Shown here piece by piece: positions 1-12,812 of a stretch of DNA of 64,000 nt. A program made the position numbers and the translations under genes. The notes below the pieces were generated by a model, which was not told the origin of the DNA, ran no database searches, and was given only the letters and a program-made list of their open reading frames with translations. The stretch's first letter is position 1. The number at the start of each line of letters is the position of its first letter. The stretch is from the human T2T-CHM13v2.0 reference genome, Homo sapiens: assembly GCF_009914755.1 (NCBI RefSeq), contig NC_060934.1; one strand, 5' to 3'.

Positions 1-3000
1 CAATTTTCCAAAAACAAATTGACACCTGTTCGACTTCATTGACGACCCAAGTTGGCTGCTTGGTCACAGAGCCTGGAACATAGTAGGTGTTCAAAAAATG
101 TCAATAGACGTGAAGTGCCTGGAGATCTTTGGCTGGAGGTTAGCATACCATCTCAACATCCCACAACAAATGTTAATCCTAGATGATGATTCTACAAAGA
201 GTTTAATCCCAATTACTTCAGTATAACTGAAAACAAGACTGGTTAATAATACTTAAGAATTTTTTAAAAATAGAAAAATAATACCCTTCACATTGGTGTG
301 CCTCCAATGAGGCAGTTTACTAGACTTTGAGGGACTCTTTTCACTCAGTGCTCTTTTAAATGTTTTGAATGTGTGTTACATGCATGGATTGTTTACATAG
401 TCACTCAACAAATGTCATGTCATTCATTAATCCAAGTTACTGCATCTCAGTTAATTCAGGTGGGAAATTTCTTTCTCGTGTACTCTATGCATATGACATT
501 TGGGACACTTGGCATCTGGTGAAGAGGGAACCACAGGCTTCTATCTGGGCTAGCCTGTGGGTGACCAGGTCTGGGCCCAGTATCTTGGCTTTTGCATTGT
601 TTTGTATTTTTTAAGAACATAATGTCCTAGGAAAACAAGGGAAAGAACAGCTCCTTTCTTTAATAAATGATTCAAACGTTGGAAATGGGGAAAAGAAAAC
701 ATGGCACAAAGGAGCATATTTTCCAGGTTGTGACTTTTCTACTGGAGAAGCCCATGTCAACCAACACAGCCTTGGTTAAGCGTAACCTGCCCTGGTTCTA
801 CTGGGCTAATCTGGTGTGCTGGGTTTGGATAATGGACCTGTGTCAAGTGAAGCCAAGAAAATCCAGACTCACTTAAAGGTCCAAATGGAAACGAGAAGTC
901 TCGGAAGCCTCCTCTGTGGATATGCATCTTACCAATAGACGGACTCCTAGGTTTGACCCTGAGCAATCCTCCTAATAAAACAGAAGGACTCAGAGATCAG
1001 CAGATGTGTCAAAGGTCCACTGATGGTCTGGGGGTGCTTAGTACTCATCTCACCAATGTATATTCAGACTTAGCAAAATGCTTTTAGTGGAGACCCAGAT
1101 TGAAACCCTGACTCAGTTTACTAGCTGCAGAAACTTGAGCCTATCTGAGACTCAATCAAGATAATAAAATTAAAAGGAGTAAAGAATATTAGGCACACAA
1201 GTGCTCAGAACAGTAGCCAGCATTAACTATCCTTAGTATAATATAGCTTTCAGAACTCTGTCAAAAGTGCTCTTTATTGTAAGAGAAAATGGGGCCCATC
1301 TTTACCCCAACTTAAAGCATTATCTAGTCTCATTTCAAGCTTTGAAGAGATGAGTAAACTCTCCTCTCCATTTTCCTCCATGGTCACAATCGATAGTGTT
1401 TTCAATTGAGAAGATATGAGTTTACCTAAGTGTGTGTGCAAAAGCCCAGTTGGAAATGGCAATGATGCATTACAGTACTCCATCCATCTGTTCCAAGAGA
1501 CTGAAAGCTTTCTCTTCCTGGCAGATGGCTGGGATCCTGATACCTACATGCATGAGAAGCCACACCAGAATGCCAGCCGACATTTGCATGCAGAGACGTT
1601 GCCTGTGGAGCTGTCTCCAGAAGAGGATGCAGCTGCAGGTACTTGAGGACCACACTCCCCCTCCCAAGCCTAATGTTCCCTACATGGCAGCGCACTGAGC
1701 ATTGGCAATGCACAAACCACTTCTCAATTACTCATAATTGAGTTGCAAAAAGAGATTATTCTTTGCTGAAACTTGACTTCTCATCCTGGAAGCAGGTTTT
1801 TCTCATTTGGGATGGGAGGGGGGCAAATTATATTAAAATTTGCTGGAAATTTTTGCTTGGAACAAGGCACAAAAATATTCCTTGGAGGTTGCAGATGCCT
1901 CAGTTGTCATTCTTTAACAAAATCAGGGCTCTCTTTGTAAAAACAAACACGACCCAGGCATGTTCACTCTTTCTTTGGAATGTATCCATGGTGCTAAATT
2001 AGATTTTTTGAATACCCTCACAACTGGCCCCAAGGTTGTGCATGGCTATTGCTGACTCTACAACAGGGGAATTAAAGGCTAAATGTATTCTGCTGACTCC
2101 CTGGTTCTCTGCTTATCCAAAGGGCACTGGGATTCATTTTGGAAAATCCTAGAGATTACACACAGGCTTTCTTCCAGGGATAAGTTAAAGAATTTAGGAA
2201 ACACCCAGGCTTCTGTCTTAACACACTTGAAAAAAAAAACAAAACATATCTTATAAGGTGTCCCAGTGACCCAAAATAGGTAAAACACCTCCCAAGGAAG
2301 CACTTTTCTGTAAAATCTGGTTCTTTAACCCCTGTGCCTCTTCTCATTCTCAAAACTGCACAAGAAGCAGCATGCCCAAGGTTCTAGCCCAAATTGACAT
2401 TGCATTAACACTGTCAAAACATTAATGGAAAGTGTCCCAGGAAGGACTAGAGAGATTTCTTCTACCCCATTGTTGCTGACTCTGACTTCCTGGTTCCATC
2501 AAGATTCCAAAGGAGAGGAGAAACTTGATGCTTACCTCGGGGAAATCTCTGAGTATAAAACCTTAACTGAACCTACCGAGATCAGGAAGAGCTCATGTTC
2601 AAAAGCTGTCACCCCTCTCCCGGACAGACAGGCTTGCAGGGAGCCCCAGCTCTGTCCACAGGAGCCTTGGCCTGTGACCTGACTCTAGGCTTGGGACCCC
2701 CTCTCCAAGAGGTAGGGAGGGCAGACCTCCCAAAGCACAGGGTTTCATCCAGGGCTCTTTATAATTTCTAAGGCTGCCCTCTAAAACCTACTCCTTTGCT
2801 TCCCTTTATCTTCCCCTCCATCAATTCCCTTCCCTCCTATTTCCAAAAACCATAACCATAACCAAATTTGGCCTGATTCTTTAACCGATAAACCTAAAAA
2901 TTCAGAAATCAGGCAGCTCTAACATTCTTGAATTGTGCCTCATGATACTTTAGTTGTTGCTGTTGTCATTTTGTTTGTCAGAAGAATACTTTGCTATGTA

Positions 3001-3639
3001 GGTGAATTTAAAAAGTGACCCTGGACCATTATATTTCATTATAAAATACAGCGGCATAAGGCCCTCTCCAAAAGACATGCTACAGCTCCTGCCTTGTTGA
3101 TGTAACCATATAAACCTGTGAGGAGCATGAGCACACATCCAAATAGACATATCTCACATGAACACGCTAAACAGAGACATGGCGCAGAAGCTATGTGGGG
3201 CCTTGGGCTGAACCAGCAGTTAGAGCATGCAAAATACCACTACAGACAAACTACAGACAAGTTCTAGAAAGTCCAGTTGATACTACATGAGCAAGCCAGT
3301 GAAAAGAAATAATTGCCTGTAGCAACACAGGATACAAAATATATTTTTAGAACAGGGTCTTAAAAGTGTTAGGACATTAAGGATTCTAAGGAAATCTGGT
3401 CTGTATCAGTGAAAATAATTTTGAAAACCGAGGAAAATGCTAAAGTCCAATGTAAAGGAAAGGGTGGAAGGGGCAAGTAATTGACAGGTTTCCTGGTGGC
3501 CGCGCACCTGCGGAGCACTTACTCACCTCACTCACCTCACTCAGTGCTTTTCCAGGCATGTTTTATTTCCTTTGCAGTCCTCGGCACCCTCCGAATGACC
3601 CCTGATAACAGCAATGGCCAGCGTTTCTCTGATGCTCTG

Positions 3640-3860
3640 CTAATTCCACACGTGACCTCATCTGAGCCTCACAATGACCCTGTGAGGTAAGGATTATTGT
3701 CTCCCATTTTACAGAGAAGGGAACTGAGACCCAAGTGGTACTCAAGTGTCCCCTGGATACCTACCAGTAAGTGATACCTTACTGGTAGGTATCCTAAGCT
3801 CACTACCAGTAAGGGACACAGCAGAAGCTCCACCCCACTTGGTGACTCTCAGTGACAAGC
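3640..3860 (-). mobile_element. MIR (SINE) fragment, interrupted by an inverted triplication
   Basis: ctcacaatgaccctgtgaggtaagg...cccattttacagagaagggaactgagac matches the MIR core in antisense. Confidence 0.8.
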
Positions 3861-5089
3861 CCTCCCTACCTGGCCATACCACCTCAGGTGGTGTAAAGCT
3901 CTGTTGCCAGTATGGAAAACACTCACACGAGTAAAACCAAATATCCACTTGCATTGTCCAAAATGACATCCAGAGTCGAGAGGCCAGGAAATATTCCTAG
4001 ACACACATAGGTTGTCCATTCTTCATTCAGCAGTTTAGAGACAAAGGCATAATTAGGCCCATCTGTAAATAAAGTGAGTCCCTGACACAGGACACAAATA
4101 AAGGGCTTCACTGTCTTTTGTCCACATTTGTATTTTTCTGACAATGTTAGTTTTGTGTTTTGAAATGTATTCATTCTTGGGTCAGCGGGGGAAGGCTGAA
4201 TTGGAGATTATGAATGCATTATGAATGCATTTGGACTGAGCCTCATCTTTGCTGGAGATTTAGAAATCTGGTTTGTAGTTTGAGGTCTTGGAACACCATT
4301 GCGTTTCCAGCACCGTGTCTTTATGTGAACAGGTCTGTCTTTAAGCCAATGACTATTTTGCTCGATTTAAAAGGGGAAAAATAATCTTGAGTAGGACAAA
4401 AAACAACGGCCATACATATGATTTGAATTACAGTCAGATAATCACCATTCATGACCTGTCCAAGCTGGAAGGAAAGCTTGAATTTCTCCTCAGAGACATT
4501 TCCCGGCTTAACTTTCAACAAGGGCTACAATTGAGTGTGGCCTTTAAGTGAAAACTAAAGAAGTTCAAACTATTTAAGGCCTTTACTGACTTCTCCAGCC
4601 TACTATGAAATTAGTCTTTTTGGAAGAAGATCATTTATGAGTTTCATTGGAAGCGGAAAAAAAAAAAAAAAAAAAAAAGCTCCTTTACTCCTCAACTCCC
4701 TCAAAAAACATTCTAAAGAAAGTTTTTTCAAATAAATTTCCCAAGCAACAGCACTGAGCACTGCTCCTCATCTTCTCTGTTTAAGGAACTTATATCAAAA
4801 TCTGAACGTGTACTCTCTGAAGGTTTTCTTCCCCCATTGGATTCCAAGACGACTAGAAGTTCATCCTAACCTGTGAACATCTGGGAGTTGTTCGGCACAC
4901 AAAAAGCTATGGGGTAAACAGTATATTCTGTGACTCAAAATCCTAACAACATACATGCTTCCTCCAGCCACAGTTTCTTCTCAGAAGCTCAGTTACCTTT
5001 CAGAGAAAAGGAATGAAAACCAAAGATCCATCTGCAATGGATGGCATCGGGCAAGAAGCCTCGCAACAGTGCTTGTTTTGTGGGCAGCA

Positions 5090-5190
5090 CAGTTTTGGGC
5101 TGTGGCAGAATCATCTGGGGAACTGAAAAAAATATCCCAGTGCCCAGGCCGTATCCAGGCCAGTCACATCTAAATCTCTGGGGATTCCAT
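5090..5190. mobile_element. MER5A-like hAT-Charlie MITE fragment
   Basis: agaatcatctggggaact...tgcccaggcc...aaatctctgggg resembles MER5A. Confidence 0.55.
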
Positions 5191-5194
5191 TGTC

Positions 5195-5420
5195 CTAGGG
5201 AACAGGTTCTGGGCTCTGGAGTCAGAAAAGTCTGGTTCCTATCTTAATTTTCCTGCTTACTGTTTTTCAGACAAGTTACTTAACCCCTCTGAGCTTAGGT
5301 TTCCCCTTATTTAAAAGGAAAAAAAAAAGCTAAAGATCTCCACTTTATGAGACAAAAATGAGACATAATATTGGTGAACATACTGTCTGGCTTTAAGTGA
5401 TCTGTAAATGTGTGATAACT
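5195..5420 (+). mobile_element. MIR
   Basis: gggctctggagtcagaaaagtctggttc...acaagttacttaacccctctgagcttaggtttcccc matches the MIR core. Confidence 0.75.
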
Positions 5421-7840
5421 TAATGTTTAGAAAGTTACCAATGTTTTCTCCCAGAATTTCCTTCTCCTATCCTCAATCTTTGCCTTTCCTGCAAAAGCGT
5501 ACATAATTTGAGGAAGGAAAGGGGATAATGATACAGATAGAAGATTAAGGAGGACATATCATGAATAGAATAGAATTATGTTCCCTCAAGAATAGAATAG
5601 GACCTCCTGAGGACCAGGGGGGGCCAGATAAGCAGGTAAAAGTCAGCAGGATGCAAGGATAAAGTCCCCAACCTAGACTCCTGATCAAGTCCTAAGAAGG
5701 AATCAATTCCCAGTTAAGCTTGTGGGATCCAACAGCAGGGGACACCTGTGACTCATTTTCTAGGACTAGCTCCAAAAGGAAAAAAAAAAAGTGTGGAATT
5801 TCTAGGTAGATAGGGACTTAGCCTCATAAGTTTTCTATTCTTCAAATGCCTTACAAGCCACAAAATGATCCCTTTGCAGTATGAAAGCAGCAGAGAGCCC
5901 CTGGACCTGAGGTAGCCTTGCAGATGAGAATTCAGGTAAAGGAGCTAAGGCTACAACGACTGTTGACCAAGAGCCAGCCCAAATGAGGAAGGAATTAGCG
6001 GGTACTAGTGTGGAGAGATGGCATCAAGGAATGAACATGCCCACCTACACCCCCTGGGCTAGTGCTCCCTCATCAGCTCCTTAGACAAATTCCAGGGTAA
6101 ATTAGATGAACCTGAACAGGGAAAAGTAAAGAAGCTGTATCTCTCACACTCAGTGTTGTGACCTGAGCCTCATACCTGAGGCTCGAGCTATCAGTGTTAT
6201 GGTTGTTTTTTTTCCTCAACAATTTTCGGGTTATGATGCCTCCATTGTGCAATAGGCCTCAAGAGAGGAGATTTACATAATCGTCGTGGAAGAGTCAGAG
6301 AAAACAAAATGGACAAGAGGAATTGTTCCTGCCACATGAGGGCCTCACAGCTGAACTGCAATAAATCAGCTCAGCAGCCACTGAGTCCTTTTATGGTCTC
6401 TCGTAGAACTAAGATCCAAGATAACTACGCTAAGCCTAGCTCCTAACAAGCCCTCCCAGCAAGATAAAGAATGAGTATCGGTCAACCAAAGAGGTAATTC
6501 TGATTACAAAACAACAACTAGGCTTTCTGGTTCTTTCCCCTCAACTGATGTATTTGATCAAACCACATAGTTCTAACCAATAACCTGGGGCTCTCTGATG
6601 GGCCCTGCTTCCAGGCTTAGGGTATGTCTTACCATAATGTATAAAATAAAGTTGCATACTGAAGTTAACAACTTCTGAAATACAGCTATAACAATTATGT
6701 GATTATTACGTTACCTCGAATTAACATATGGCCCATAATCTTTTGATATTACAAAACTTGATTGTGCCATGAGATCTAACGGGTTTCATTTAATAGGAAG
6801 AGTTATTTGGTAATGTTACATACCAGTTCATTGTTCAAAACATTTATGGGGATTTAATGCTATGAAGCAGATAAACGAGTGTTCCCCAGCTGCTAAATCT
6901 CACTTCATATATTTTAAACAATCCACCGTACTGGCGATTTCTGAAATGTGAAAAGATGTCATATCCAATGCACGTTTTAAAAATGTTACTTCTGAAGCTG
7001 CATCTGCTTCACATCGCCTGTTCAAAGTTTTCCATTTTCCTCCGGGGTTACTTAATGATCATATTAGAATGGACAAAAGTCAAAGACTGCGTCCATTATC
7101 TGAAATGTAGGCCTTGATATTGTACACTTAGCTAATTTAAAAAAAGAGAGAGACAGAGAGATCTGAAACACTGGAAAACGTGTCAACCAGGCAGTGAAGC
7201 TGTGAGGATTAACAAAGTCAAATTTACAAAGTAAAATCAGGTTCTCACATGAAAGAGGGAGGCGTGGAGGAACTGTTAAAGCTATATTATTACTCTAAAG
7301 TGACTGGGTCACCCACTGGACTTTGTGCAATTTTTCAAGCTGTTCTGAAATGACGAATATGGCATGTAGTATATAATACACTGAAATGTGTTGAAACTTT
7401 GGATAACATTCCCGGTTTAATATTTAAAACACTTGGTCAGCGAGAACACACTACAGAGCCATTTCACCACTCCGTGCATTGCACTTTCACAATCTCCCAT
7501 CTCATTTCATTCCACGAGTTTGGAAATCTTGCCTCCCTCCCTAGGTTTCAAACAGCCCCCTGTCTTGCCAGCTTATTTTACAAAAAAGAAAATTAAAGCA
7601 AACCATCAATGAGAACATAGTTCTATGAAACAAAGAGAATGGTGCTGTGTTTGACATCCTTACTGGTCTCCCAGAATTTGTTCTGTGTTTTGGTTAGCTG
7701 AATATGCTTGGCGCCCCAGGAGTCTGGCAGCATGGTTAATATCATGAATAAAAAAAGGATTTAAAAAATTCAGTTTGTATTTGGGGCTCTTTTTGAGAAA
7801 AAAGAATGGATTACATAAGCAGATGCTTGAGATAGCTATT

Positions 7841-7844
<4 letters not shown>

Positions 7845-7871
<27 letters not shown>

Positions 7872-8133
7872 TGAGACAGAGTCTCACTCTGGGTGCAATC
7901 TCAGCTCACTGCAAGCTCTGCCTCCCAGGTTCATGCCATTCTCCTGTCTCAGCCTCCCGAGTAGCCAGAACTACAGGCACCTGCCACCACGCCCGGCTAA
8001 TTTTGTGTATTTTTTAGTAGAGACGGGGTTTCACCGTGTTAGGCAGGATGGTCTTGATTTCCTGACCTCGTGATCCACCTGCCTCAGTCTCCCAAAGTGC
8101 TGGGATTACAGGCGTGAGCCACTGCGCCTCGCC
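7845..8133 (-). mobile_element. AluY-like with a ~21-bp deletion near its 3' end
   Basis: Y-type gcaagctc..., gccattctcc and caccgtgttag; poly(T) 7845-7872; TSD atag(c/t)tattgttc. Confidence 0.93.
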
Positions 8134-8459
8134 AATAGTTATTGTTCTTTTGCAATTATACACCATGTGTGCCCCAAGAAGCCTATGCCTCTTTAGAAGC
8201 AACAAAATGAAGGCGATGTCAACATATCCGAAAGCAAAGAGGCCACCTGGCAATTAGCCAGCTAATTTGACCAATGTAAATAATGAACTGGCATAACTTA
8301 CACTCTAAAAATAGTTTGGAATAACTGCAGACTGTGGTCAACCTCCCAAATATTATGGAATGCAAGTAGAATTTCTAGAGCCTGAATTTTAAAGATGGCA
8401 GCTTAAAGAAGTATTTGAGACCCTTCAAGCAACAATTGGATTTTCATTTGAATGAATGA

Positions 8460-8946
8460 CGTGAAGTAACTATTCTAAAGCAATGGATAATATTGGCTAA
8501 AAGGCAAGATGTTTTTAATTAAAGAACAGTAAGAGATAGTAAATGAAGAAAAAAATCTGCCTACCTGGGGAAGAAGTTCAACAAGCAGTGATTGAAAGAA
8601 TGAATTCATTTTTTTCAATATAAGCTCTTTAGAATCAGTTCATGAGGCCCAGAGAAAAAAATTGGCCACCATCTATTTTTACTTAAAACTTCATTACCCA
8701 AGCTGATGACCACCTCATTCACCCAGTTTTGTTCCTTGTGATTTCTGGTAGGTCACCCAAAATCCAATGCGCCATCACAGAGCTGTGCTGTGTTCCCAAT
8801 AAGGTTGGTTTTAACATCATAGATTCTGAGGATAATTCTCAAAAAGAAAGGGCTACATCTATAGAATAAGTGAGGCTTTGTCACAGGTTACAATTTGGAG
8901 GAGGTCAAAATTCTTTGGTTTATACTTTTAGAGTCATATCTCACTA
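8460..8946 (+). mobile_element. Ancient mariner (MARNA-like, TcMar) relic
   Basis: 8710-8748 translates PPHSPSFVPCDFW, resembling the mariner transposase HPPYSPDLAPxD(F/Y) motif; 3' end tactttta-gagtcatatctcacta resembles a mariner TIR. Confidence 0.55.
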
Positions 8947-9361
8947 ATTTACCAATGAATAAAACTATCAGGTGATGGTATTCTCTTTGTAAAGGGAAAC
9001 TCTCCCTCTTTCTTTTCCTGACTCATGGCACTGTTGTTAGCAAAGTATGGTCCGTACACACAGAGCAAACATGCATCCCGCCTTCTTGCTGACCAAGTTA
9101 CACAGTCTACATGCTTCATCCATCCACAGCCCAAAACAGGCCATGTTTCCCAAGCCATGTGACCTGGGTAAAGGGCTGGGTATTACAGAAAGTGTAAGAA
9201 TGTGTGGGGGGTGTATTCAATTGAATATTTTGAAAGTTGATATATGTGGTTGAGAAGAAAAACCAAGCAATACAAAAATTTTACAAGGAGGAAGACAATA
9301 TTGTAAAGAGAATTGTTTACTAAAAATTTTTAAGCAGAAGCCTTTTTAAAAATTAAGTCTT

Positions 9362-9650
9362 GCTGGGTGCGGTGGCTCACGCCTGTAATCTCAGCACTTT
9401 GGGAGGCCGAGGTGGGTGGATCACGAGGTCAGGAGATGGAGACTATCCTGGCCAACATGGTGAAACCCCATTTCTACTAAAAATACAAAAATTAGCTGAG
9501 CATGATGGCACGCGCCTGTAATCCTAGCTACTCGGGAGGCTGAGGCAGGAGAATCACTTGAGCCAGGGAGTCAGAGGTTGCCTTGAGCCAGGATCATGCC
9601 ACTGCACTCCAGCCTGGCGAAAGAGAGACTCCATCTCAAAAAAAAAAAAA
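9362..9650 (+). mobile_element. AluSc-like
   Basis: Full dimer; ggatcacgaggtcaggagat...catcctggcc-type left arm; agcctggcga; TSD aaaaattaagtctt at 9348-9361 and 9651-9664. Confidence 0.95.
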
Positions 9651-10015
9651 AAAAATTAAGTCTTAGAGGAGCCCCAGTATTGATCACATACAAAAGTGAA
9701 ATTGCTTGATCCAGTTGGCTTTGGTCAGGGATAGGGGCCACACATATCCTTCAAATCGTTGTTTCAAACCACTTAAACCACTTTATTTTGCCAAAGATTT
9801 GTTTCCCTGGTAAATAAGATAGCCTCTGAACTTGCTTGATAGTTGACCCAATGATATCTCATTAGCCTTGGTAATAATTAGTGGTCTAAAGTGTTCTACC
9901 TCGTAAAGTGCTATAGCATTTAAATGCTTGCATGGAGCTTTAAACTTCCCCTTAGAAAAACTGATTTAGAAAAACTCACTGTGTTATTTCCCTCATATAA
10001 AGTTTCACAGTTTAA

Positions 10016-10240
<225 letters not shown>

Positions 10241-10820
10241 AATCGTTTTTAGGCAGAAAAAAAGAGGACAATCAATTAAAACCCAAGATGGAACCATTCC
10301 CCTGGAATTCTAGCTTCTGGCTCTGCCTATGAATTGGACCGTTCACCAAAAATGAAATTTTTACAACAGAGATGAGCCTTTCATTTGCTCCTAGTTGAAG
10401 CTGCAAATCCCTTGTGCCAAGTATTTTGCTGGTGTCAATTAAGGCAGGCTTCTCAGATTGCCACAGGGAAATCACAATAATATCATACTCTCTTCAGAAA
10501 TAACATTTAGGATTTTTGTTAGGGAAACAATCAAATAAAGCCCTGACAAAATTGTTTCTAGGGGAAAACATGCCTGTAAGGGATGTCTTTGGAAATGATT
10601 ACAAGCTTGAGCTATAACCAGGTCACTGAAAGGGATGGCCAAGAGGAGCTCCTTAGTGATAACCAAGAGGTTCAATGGAAATTAGGGATCTGAAGACCTC
10701 ACTAGTAACCTGTACAATCTAGAATTGTTCGTGATTAACTAGGAGATGACTGAAGATGCACCCTCTGGGAATTCAGTGAACAAACCAAAGCTCTGGACTT
10801 TATTTTTAAAAGGTTTTCTG

Positions 10821-11153
<333 letters not shown>

Positions 11154-11999
11154 CTACTGCAATATCATAAATACCTTTGGTAATTTGGGAAGAGAAAGGG
11201 TGATGAATCACTCCAGGTCCAATCCAGCACAACTATGGAGATGTCAACAAATGGCCATGAAGAGGCAGACAGGAATCAGGATGGGCTGTGCTTTGTGATA
11301 GCACCATTCACGGTTTTGCCTAAGATCCATCTCCTAGAGGGGGCTGTGCCTGGCCAGTGATCTTCTTGTTGCAGCCAAGGGTAGAGACATTGGTTAGCAT
11401 CTCAGCAAGTTTTCACGTTGGGCTGCTTTCAAAATGGCAGAAAGAGGAGAGAAATGCATTGTAGCAAATCTTACCATAATATTCCATGCAGTCAATGCAA
11501 CCAGGGAATTTGCTTTTCCCTTCAGTAACAACATTTATTTTACAGGTTACAAGGACTCAAGCATTTCTTTCAAGGTTTTGAGAGAAAAAGATAAAATTAA
11601 TTCTTGAGTCATGAAGGGCAAGGAACTTGGTAGAGACAGAACTCCTTGAGTCTTCATTACAGGCATCAAACAGTGGATTTACCAATTAGCTTCATTCTCC
11701 CAGATGAGCTGGGAACAGGGTGGGTCCAAGGAGTTCATCCATATCTTCTCCTCTGGTCCACTGTAACAAATAAATTCACAAGAGACCTGGAATACGTGTT
11801 GGCCTTGCAAGGAGTCTGCTTCAACCCAGTAACCCATCAGCCATAAACAGGAGACCTAGGAATGAGTCCAGTATACATGAAGCCCACTGGGCCTACTACT
11901 GTGATTGCATGCTTTCCTAAGAAGATAATAGTAATCTCATTGGCCAGAAAATGTGAAAAATAAGGAGACAGGTATCTGCTTGGACTGGCCGTGGATCTA

Positions 12000-12140
12000 T
12001 GACAGCATTTATTTTAAGACATAGTAATTATTTGTATATGCGTCTGTCTTCCTCAATAGACCATGTAGTCCTAAGAAAAAAGCAAACATTTCAGCATCTA
12101 GCACAATTCTTGGCACATGGTTGAGCTACAATAAATGTTT
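12000..12140 (+). mobile_element. L2 3' end
   Basis: cagcatctagcacaattcttggcacatggttgagctacaataaatg resembles the L2 terminus. Confidence 0.65.
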
Positions 12141-12448
12141 TTCCAAAAAGTAATAATTTCTGTCCAGACTAAAAGACTGTGGACAACATAACCTCTTAAA
12201 ATTTCTTTTCAGCCACCAAATTCAATGATGAATGGTTGAGAGAACAGGATAGATCTTATGTTTACTACATCTCTGTAAATCAAGTTCACATCAATAAAAA
12301 TAGGTCTAACCAAACTCAATCACAGAATTGTCACCTGAGTCTTACTTGAATGGCTGTGTGATTTACTTGCCTGGCCAAGTCAAGGCTGGAGTGTAATATT
12401 CTATGCTCCATTGTGTTTTGATGGGGGCTTTTAAGGGCTGCAACAGGC

Positions 12449-12812
<364 letters not shown>

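Noticed and set aside
4657-4678. Solitary poly(A) run, similar to those at ~49636 and ~58112-58162, as a processed-pseudogene tail
   Set aside because: No upstream transcript-like sequence or convincing TSD; treated as simple mononucleotide repeats.
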